Origin: Tubulanus polymorphus
Lineage: Eukaryota > Animalia > Nemertea
Assembly (NCBI RefSeq): GCF_964204645.1
Contig: NW_027437459.1
Coordinates: 1 to 64,000 of the forward strand
DNA length: 64,000 bases
Direction of reading: 5' to 3'
The first letter of the stretch is position 1; each line of letters opens with the position of its first letter. A model generated the notes under the pieces. It saw only the letters and a program-made list of their open reading frames with translations, did not search any database and had not been told where the DNA came from. The position numbers were made by a program, and so were the translations under genes. Positions 1 to 9,300 of the stretch are shown here, in pieces.

Positions 1-42
1 AGGATGATGAATTCTATCTTAATTGATGGGTTAGGGTGAACT

Positions 43-144
43 GAACTGATTTCAAATAGATAGGTGGAAAGAATCAGAATTTTCTGGCTGCCTTTGGTTC
101 TGAAGATGATGGACTCAATCTGAAAAGATGGGCTAAGGCGTATT
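43..144 (+). repeat. Monomer family A, subtype A1 (representative copy); the optional monomer of the higher-order unit
   Basis: gaactgatttcaaatagataggtggaaagaatcagaattttctggctgcctttggttctgaagatgatggactcaatctgaaaagatgggctaaggcgtatt (102 bp). Confidence 0.95.
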
Positions 145-653
145 GAACTGATTTCAAATAGATAGGTGGAAAGATTAAGAATTTTCTGGCTATTTATGCT
201 CCTGAAGATGATTGACTCGATCTGAAATGATAGGTTAGGTAGACTGAACTGATTTCGAGTAGATGGACTGAAAGATACAGATTTTTCTTGCAAAATAGGG
301 TCCTAAAGATGATGAGTTCTATCTTAATTGATGGGTTAGGGTGTACTGAACTGATTTCAAATAGATAGGTGGAAAGATTAAGAATTTTCTGGTTATTTAT
401 GCTCCTGAAGATGATGGACTCGATCTGAAATGATAGGTTAAGGTAAACTGAACTGATTTCGAGTAGATGGACTGAAAGATACAGATTTTTCTTGCAAAAC
501 AGGGTCCTAAAGATGATGAATTCTATCTTAATTGATGGGTTAAGGCGTATTGAACTGATTTCAAATAGATAGGTGGAAAGAATCAGAATTTTCTGGCTGT
601 CTTTGGTTCTGAAGATGATGGACTCAATCTGAAAAGATGGGCTAAGGCGTATT

Positions 654-755
654 GAACTGATTTCAAATAGATAGGTGGAAAGATTAAGAATTTTCTGGCT
701 ATTTATGCTCCTGAAGATGATGGACTCGATCTGAAATGATAGGTTAAGGTAAACT
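654..755 (+). repeat. Monomer family B (representative copy); always followed by C
   Basis: gaactgatttcaaatagataggtggaaagattaagaattttctggctatttatgctcctgaagatgatggactcgatctgaaatgataggttaaggtaaact (102 bp). The first 30 bp are identical to A1. It carries the only consensus GATC site. Confidence 0.95.
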
Positions 756-1163
756 GAACTGATTTCGAGTAGATGGACTGAAAGATACAAATTTTTCTTG
801 CGAAATAGGGTCCTAAAGATGATGAATTCTATCTTAATTGATGGGTTATGGTGTACTGAACTGATTTCAAATAGATAGGTGGAAAGATTAAGAATTTTCT
901 GGCTATTTATGCTCCTGAAGATGATGGACTCGATCTGAAATGATAGGTTAAGGTAGACTGAACTGATTCTGAATAGATGGACTGAAAGATACAGATTTTT
1001 CTTGCAAAATAGGGTCCTAAAGATGATGAGTTCTATCTTAATTGATGGGTTAGGGTGTACTGAACTGATTTCAAATAGATAGGTGGAAAGATTAAGAATT
1101 TTCTGGCTATTTATGCTCCTGAAGATGATGGACTCGATCTGAAATGATAGGTTAAGGAAAACT

Positions 1164-1265
1164 GAACTGATTTCGAGTAGATGGACTGAAAGATACAGAT
1201 TTTTCTTGCAAAATAGGGTCCTAAAGATGATGAATTCTATCTTAATTGATGGGTTAGGGTGTACT
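1164..1265 (+). repeat. Monomer family C (representative copy); always preceded by B
   Basis: gaactgatttcgagtagatggactgaaagatacagatttttcttgcaaaatagggtcctaaagatgatgaattctatcttaattgatgggttagggtgtact (102 bp). It contains EcoRI GAATTC, GGGTTAGGG and RsaI GTAC. Confidence 0.95.
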
Positions 1266-1367
1266 GAACTGATTTCAAATAGATAGGTTGAAAGAATCAG
1301 AATTTTCTGGCTGCTTTTGGTTCTGAAGATGATGGATTCAATCTGAAAAGATGTGTTAAGGCGTATT
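1266..1367 (+). repeat. Monomer family A, subtype A2 (representative copy)
   Basis: Differs from A1 by five linked changes (ggtTg, gcTttt, ggaTtc, gatgTgTt) that recur as a haplotype throughout the window. Confidence 0.9.
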
Positions 1368-4223
1368 GAACTGATTTCAAATAGATAGGTGGAAAGATTA
1401 AGAATTTTCTGGCTATTTATGCTCCTGAAGATGATGGACTCATCTGAAATGATAGGTTAAGGTAAACTGAACTGATTTCGAGCAGATGGACTGAAAGATA
1501 CAGATTTTTCTTGCAAAATAGGGTCCTAAAGATGATGAATTCTATCTTAATTGATGGGTTAGGGTGAACTGAACTGATTTCAAATAGATAGGTGGAAAGA
1601 ATCAGAATTTTCTGGCTGCCTTTGGTTCTGAAGATGATGGACTCAATCTGAAAAGATGGGCTAAGGCGAATTGAACTGATTTCAAATAGATAGGTGGAAA
1701 GATTAAGAATTTTCTGGCTATTTATGCTCCTGAAGATGATGGACTCGATCTGAAATGATAGGTTAAGGTAAACTGAACTGATTTCGAGCAGATGGACTGA
1801 AAGATACAGATTTTTTTTGCAAAATAGGGTCCTAAAGATGATGAATTCTATCTTAATTGATGGGTTAGGGTGAACTGAACTGATTTCAAATAGATAGGTG
1901 GAAAGAATCAGAATTTTCTGGCTGCCTTTTGTTCTGAAGATGATGGACTCAATCTGAAAAGATGGGCTAAGGCGTATTGAACTGATTTCAAATAGATAGG
2001 TGGAAAGATTAAGAATTTTCTGGCTATTTATGCTCCTGAAGATGATGGACTCGATCTGAAATGATAGGTTAAGGTAGACTGAACTGATTCTGAATAGATG
2101 GACTGAAAAATACAGATTTTTCTTGCAAAATAGGGTCCTAAAGATGATGAGTTCTATCTTAATTGATGGGTTAGGGTGTACTGAACTGATTTCAAATAGA
2201 TAGGTTGAAAGAATCAGAATTTTCTGGCTGCTTTTGGTTCTGAAGATGATGGATTCAATCTGAAAAGATGGGCTAAGGCGTATTGAACTGATTTCAAATA
2301 GATAGGTGGAAAGATTAAGAATTTTCTGGCTATTTATGCTCCTGAAGATGATGGACTTGATCTGAAATGATAGGTTAAGGTAAACTGAACTGATTTCGAG
2401 TAGATGGACTGAAAGATACAGATTTTTCTTGCAAAACAGGGTCCTAAAGATGATGAATTCTATCTTAATTGATGGGTTAAGGCGTATTGAACTGATTTCA
2501 AATAGATAGGTGGAAAGAATCAGAATTTTCTGGCTGCCTTTGGTTCTGAAGATGATGGACTCAATCTGAAAAGATGGGCTAAGGCGTATTGAACTGATTT
2601 CAAATAGATAGGTGGAAAGATTAAGAATTTTCTGGCTATTTATGCTCCTGAAGATGATGGACTCGATCTGAAATGATAGGTTAAGGTAAACTGAACTGAT
2701 TTCGAGTAGATGGACTGAAAGATACAAATTTTTCTTGCAAAATAGGGTCCAAAAGATGATGAATTCTATCTTAATTGATGGGTTAGGGTGTACTGAACTG
2801 ATTTCAAATAGATAGGTTGAAAGAATCAGAATTTTCTGGCTGCTTTTGGTTCTGAAGATGATGGATTCAATCTGAAAAGATGTGTTAAGGCGTATTGAAC
2901 TGATTTCAAATAGATAGGTGGAAAGATTAAGAATTTTCTGGCTATTTATGCTCCTGAAGATGATGGACTCGATCTGAAATGATAGGTTAAGGTGGACTGA
3001 ACTGATTCTGAATAGATGGACTGAAAGATACAGATTTTTCTTGCAAATTAGGGTCCTAAAGATGATGAGTTCTATCTTAATTGATGGCTTAGGGTGTACT
3101 GAACTGATTTCAAATAGATAGGTGGAAAGATTAAGAATTTTCTGGCTATTTATGCTCCTGAAGATGATGGACTCGATCTGAAATGATAGGTTAAGGTAAA
3201 CTGAACTGATTTCGAGTAGATGGACTGAAAGATACAGATTTTTCTTGCAAAATAGGGTCCTAAAGATGATGAATTCTATCTTAATTGATGGGTTAGGGTG
3301 TACTGAACTGATTTCAAATAGATAGGTTGAAAGAATCAGAATTTTCTGGCTGCTTTTGGTTCTGAAGATGATGGATTCAATCTGAAAAGATGTGTTAAGG
3401 CGTATTGAACTGATTTAAAATAGATAGGTGGAAAGATTAAGAATTTTCTGGCTATTTATGCTCCTGAAGATGATGGACTCGATCTGAAATGATAGGTTAA
3501 GGTAAACTGAACTGATTTCGAGTAGATGGACTGAAAGATACAGATTTTTTCTTGCAAAATAGGGTCCTAAAGATGATGAGTTCTATCTTAATTGATGGGT
3601 TAGGGTGTACTGAACGGATTTCAAATAGATAGGTTGAAAGATTAAGAATTTTCTGGCTATTTATGCTCCTGAAGATGATGGACTCGATCTGAAATGATAG
3701 GTTAAGGTAAACTGAACTGATTTCGAGCAGATGGACTGAAAGATACAGATTTTTCTTGCAAAATAGGGTCCTAAAGATGATGAATTCTATCTTAATTGAT
3801 GGGTTAGGGTGAACTGAACTGATTTCAAATAGATAGGTGGAAAGATTAAGAATTTTCTGGTTATTTATGCTCCTGAAGATGATGGACTCGATCTGAAATG
3901 ATAGGTTAAGGTAAACTGAACTGATTTCGAGTAGATGGACTGAAAGATACAGATTTTTCTTGCAAAATAGGGTCCTAAAGATGATGAATTCTATCTTAAT
4001 TGATGGGTTAGGGTGTACTGAACTGATTTCAAATAGATAGGTGGAAAGATTAAGAATTTTCTGGCTATTTATGCTCCTGAAGATGATGGACTCGATCTGA
4101 AATGATAGGTTAAGGTAAACTGAACTGATTTCGAGCAGATGGACTGAAAGATACAGATTTTTCTTGCAAAATAGGGTCCTAAAGATGATGAATTCTATCT
4201 TAATTGATGGGTTAGGGTGAACT

Positions 4224-4630
4224 GAACTGATTTCAAATAGATAGGTTGAAAGAATCAGAATTTTCTGGCTGCTTTTGGTTCTGAAGATGATGGATTCAAT
4301 CTGAAAAGATGGGCTAAGGCGTATTGAACTTATTTCAAATAGATAGGTGGAAATATTAAGAATTTTCTGGCTGCTTTTGGTTCTGAAGATAATGGATTCA
4401 ATCTGAAAAGATGTGTTAAGGCGTATTGAACTGATTTCAAATAGATAGGTGCAAAGATTAAGAATTTTCTAGCTATTTATGCTCCTGAAGATGATTGACT
4501 CGATCTGAAATGATAGGTTAGGTAGACTGAACTGATTTCGAGTAGATGGACTGAAAGATACAGATTTTTCTTGCAAAATAGGGTCCTAAAGATGATGAGT
4601 TCTATCTTAATTGATGGGTTAGGGTGTACT
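4224..4630 (+). repeat. AABC tetramer variant (also 9630-10036, 10546-10952, 15646-16052, 34923-35329)
   Basis: Two A-type tails occur in succession. The second monomer has a B-type head (attaagaa) and an A2 tail, plus private SNPs gaacTTatt, ggaaaTatt and gatAatgg. Confidence 0.9.
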
Positions 4631-6377
4631 GAACTGATTTCATATAGATTGGTTGAAAGAATCAGAATTTTCTGGCTGCTTTTGGTTCTGAAGATGATGG
4701 ATTCAATCTGAAAAGATGTGTTAAGGCGTATTGAACTGATTTCAAATAGATAGGTGGAAAGATTAAGAATTTTCTGGCTATTTATGCTCCTGAAGATGAT
4801 GGACTCATCTGAAATGATAGGTTAAGGTAAACTGAACTGATTTCGAGCAGATGGACTGAAAGATACAGATTTTTCTTGCAAAATAGGGTCCTAAAGATGA
4901 TGAATTCTATCTTAATTGATGGGTTAGGGTGAACTGAACTGATTTCAAATAGATAGGTTGAAAGAATCAGAATTTTCTGGCTGCCTTTGGTTCTGAAGAT
5001 GATGGACTCAATCTGAAAAGATGGGCTAAGGCGAATTGAACTGATTTCAAATAGATAGGTGGAAAGATTAAGAATTTTCTGGCTATTTATGCTCCTGAAG
5101 ATGATGGACTCGATCTGAAATGATAGGTTAAGGTAAACTGAACTGATTTCGAGCAGATGGACTGAAAGATACAGATTTTTTTTGCAAAATAGGGTCCTAA
5201 AGATGATGAATTCTATCTTAATTGATGGGTTAGGGTGAACTGAACTGATTTCAAATAGATAGGTGGAAAGAATCAGAATTTTCTGGCTGCCTTTGGTTCT
5301 GAAGATGATGGACTCAATCTGAAAAGATGGGCTAAGGCGTATTGAACTGATTTCAAATAGATAGGTGGAAAGATTAAGAATTTTCTGGCTATTTATGCTC
5401 CTGAAGATGATGGACTCGATCTGAAATGATAGGTTAAGGTAGACTGAACTGATTCTGAATAGATGGACTGAAAGATACAGATTTTTCTTGCAAAATAGGG
5501 TCCTAAAGATGATGAGTTCTATCTTAATTGATGGGTTAGGGTGTACTGAACTGATTTCAAATAGATAGGTTGAAAGAATCAGAATTTTCTGGCTGCTTTT
5601 GGTTCTGAAGATGATGGATTCAATCTGAAAAGATGGGCTAAGGCGTATTGAACTGATTTCAAATAGATAGGTGGAAAGATTAAGAATTTTCTGGCTATTT
5701 ATGCTCCTGAAGATGATGGACTTGATCTGAAATGATAGGTTAAGGTAAACTGAACTGATTTCGAGTAGATGGACTGAAAGATACAGATTTTTCTTGCAAA
5801 ACAGGGTCCTAAAGATGATGAATTCTATCTTAATTGATGGGTTAAGGCGTATTGAACTGATTTCAAATAGATAGGTGGAAAGAATCAGAATTTTCTGGCT
5901 GCCTTTGGTTCTGAAGATGATGGACTCAATCTGAAAAGATGGGCTAAGGCGTATTGAACTGATTTCAAATAGATAGGTGGAAAGATTAAGAATTTTCTGG
6001 CTATTTATGCTCCTGAAGATGATGGACTCGATCTGAAATGATAGGTTAAGGTAAACTGAACTGATTTCGAGTAGATGGACTGAAAGATACAAATTTTTCT
6101 TGCAAAATAGGGTCCAAAAGATGATGAATTCTATCTTAATTGATGGGTTAGGGTGTACTGAACTGATTTCAAATAGATAGGTTGAAAGAATCAGAATTTT
6201 CTGGCTGCTTTTGGTTCTGAAGATGATGGATTCAATCTGAAAAGATGTGTTAAGGCGTATTGAACTGATTTCAAATAGATAGGTGGAAAGATTAAGAATT
6301 TTCTGGCTATTTATGCTCCTGAAGATGATGGACTCGATCTGAAATGATAGGTTAAGGTGGACTGAACTGATTCTGAA

Positions 6378-9300
6378 TAGATGGACTGAAAGATACAGAT
6401 TTTTCTTGCAAAATAGGGTCTTAAAGATGATGAGTTCTATCTTAATTGATGGCTTAGGGTGTACTGAACTGATTTCAAATAGATAGGTGGAAAGATTAAG
6501 AATTTTCTGGCTATTTATGCTCCTGAAGATGATGGACTCGATCTGAAATGATAGGTTAAGGTAAACTGAACTGATTTCGAGTAGATGGACTGAAAGATAC
6601 AGATTTTTCTTGCAAAATAGGGTACTAAAGATGATGAATTCTATCTTAATTGATGGGTTAGGGTGTACTGAACTGATTTCAAATAGATAGGTTGAAAGAA
6701 TCAGAATTTTCTGGCTGCTTTTGGTTCTGAAGATGATGGATTCAATCTGAAAAGATGTGTTAAGGCGTATTGAACTGATTTAAAATAGATAGGTGGAAAG
6801 ATTAAGAATTTTCTGGCTATTTATGCTCCTGAAGATGATGGACTCGATCTGAAATGATAGGTTAAGGTAAACTGAACTGATTTCGAGTAGATGGACTGAA
6901 AGATACAGATTTTTTCTTGCAAAATAGGGTCCTAAAGATGATGAGTTCTATCTTAATTGATGGGTTAGGGTGTACTGAACGGATTTCAAATAGATAGGTT
7001 GAAAGATTAAGAATTTTCTGGCTATTTATGCTCCTGAAGATGATGGACTCGATCTGAAATGATAGGTTAAGGTAAACTGAACTGATTTCGAGCAGATGGA
7101 CTGAAAGATACAGATTTTTCTTGCAAAACAGGGTCCTAAAGATGATGAATTCTATCTTAATTGATGGGTTAAGGCGTATTGAACTGATTTCAAATAGATA
7201 GGTGGAAAGAATCAGAATTTTCTGGCTGCCTTTGGTTCTGAAGATGATGGACTCAATCTGAAAAGATGGGCTAAGGCGTATTGAACTGATTTCAAATAGA
7301 TAGGTGGAAAGATTAAGAATTTTCTGGCTATTTATGCTCCTGAAGATGATGGACTCGATCTGAAATGATAGGTTAAGGTAAACTGAACTGATTTCGAGCA
7401 GATGGACTGAAAGATACAGATTTTTCTTGCAAAATAGGGTCCTAAAGATGATGAATTCTATCTTAATTGATGGGTTAGGGTGAACTGAACTGATTTCAAA
7501 TAGATAGGTGGAAAGATTAAGAATTTTCTGGTTATTTATGCTCCTGAAGATGATGGACTCGATCTGAAATGATAGGTTAAGGTAAACTGAACTGATTTCG
7601 AGTAGATGGACTGAAAGATACAGATTTTTCTTGCAAAACAGGGTCCTAAAGATGATGAATTCTATCTTAATTGATGGGTTAAGGCGTATTGAACTGATTT
7701 CAAATAGATAGGTGGAAAGAATCAGAATTTTCTGGCTGCCTTTGGTTCTGAAGATGATGGACTCAATCTGAAAAGATGGGCTAAGGCGTATTGAACTGAT
7801 TTCAAATAGATAGGTGGAAAGATTAAGAATTTTCTGGCTATTTATGCTCCTGAAGATGATGGACTCGATCTGAAATGATAGGTTAAGGTAAACTGAACTG
7901 ATTTCGAGTAGATGGACTGAAAGATACAAATTTTTCTTGCAAAATAGGGTCCAAAAGATGATGAATTCTATCTTAATTGATGGGTTAGGGTGTACTGAAC
8001 TGATTTCAAATAGATAGGTTGAAAGAATCATAATTTTCGGGCTGCTTTTGGTTCTGAAGATGATGGATTCAATCTGAAAAGATGTGTTAAGGCGTATTGA
8101 ACTGATTTCAAATAGATAGGTGGAAAGATTAAGAATTTTCTGGCTATTTATGCTCCTGAAGATGATGGACTCGATCTGAAATGATAGGTTAAGGTAGACT
8201 GAACTGATTCTGAATAGATGGACTGAAAGATACAGATTTTTCTTGCAAAATAGGGTCCTAAAGATGATGAGTTCTATCTTAATTGATGGCTTAGGGTGTA
8301 CTGAACTGATTTCAAATAGATAGGTGGAAAGATTAAGAATTTTCTGGCTATTTATGCTCCTGAAGATGATGGACTCGATCTGAAATGATAGGTTAAGGTA
8401 AACTGAACTGATTTCGAGTAGATGGACTGAAAGATACAGATTTTTCTTGCAAAATAGGGTCCTAAAGATGATGAATTCTATCTTAATTGATGGGTTAGGG
8501 TGTACTGAACTGATTTCAAATAGATAGGTTGAAAGAATCAGAATTTTCTGGCTGCTTTTGGTTCTGAAGATGATGGATTCAATCTGAAAAGATGTGTTAA
8601 GGCGTATTGAACTGATTTAAAATAGATAGGTGGAAAGATTAAGAATTTTCTGGCTATTTATGCTCCTGAAGATGATGGACTCGATCTGAAATGATAGGTT
8701 AAGGTAAACTGAACTGATTTCGAGTAGATGGACTGAAAGATACAGATTTTTTCTTGCAAAATAGGGTCCTAAAGATGATGAGTTCTATCTTAATTGATGG
8801 GTTAGGGTGTACTGAACTGATTTCAAATAGATAGGTTGAAAGATTAAGAATTTTCTGGCTATTTATGCTCCTGAAGATGATGGACTCGATCTGAAATGAT
8901 AGGTTAAGGTAAACTGAACTGATTTCGAGTAGATGGACTGAAAGATACAGATCTTTCTTGCAAAATAGGGTCCTAAAGATGATGAATTCTATCTTAATTG
9001 ATGGGTTAGGGTGAACTGAACTGATTTCAAATAGATAGGTGGAAAGAATCAGAATTTTCTGGCTGCCTTTGGTTCTGAAGATGATGGACTCAATCTGAAA
9101 AGATGGGCTAAGGCGTATTGAACTGATTTCAAATAGATAGGTGGAAAGATTAAGAATTTTCTGGCTATTTATGCTCCTGAGGATGATGCACTCGATCTGA
9201 AATGATAGGTTAAGGTAGACTGAACTGATTTCGAGTAGATGGACTGAAAGATACAGATTTTTCTTGCAAAATAGGGTCCTAAAGATGATGAATTCTATCT

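Larger units (their letters stand above)
1..3727 (+). repeat. Block duplicated at 27841-31567 (offset 27840)
   Basis: The 60-bp lines match in register. Only one mismatch was noticed (849 T vs 28689 G). Rare markers are shared: ttttgttc at 1930/29770 and aaatta at 3048/30888. Confidence 0.9.

Noticed and set aside
652-753. Plus-strand gene read with a stop-reassigned genetic code (TGA/TAG as sense)
   Set aside because: It would need both TGA and TAG reassigned, and a common variant adds frameshifts. Substitutions between families are not enriched at synonymous positions.
1171-1187. CENP-B box in the C head (tTTCGagtagatggact)
   Set aside because: Only TTCG matches. The required A and CGGG of NTTCGNNNNANNCGGGN are absent.
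1248-1262. Telomere or interstitial telomeric array; G-quadruplex
   Set aside because: There is only one TTAGGG per C monomer, never in tandem, and there are not four closely spaced G3 runs.
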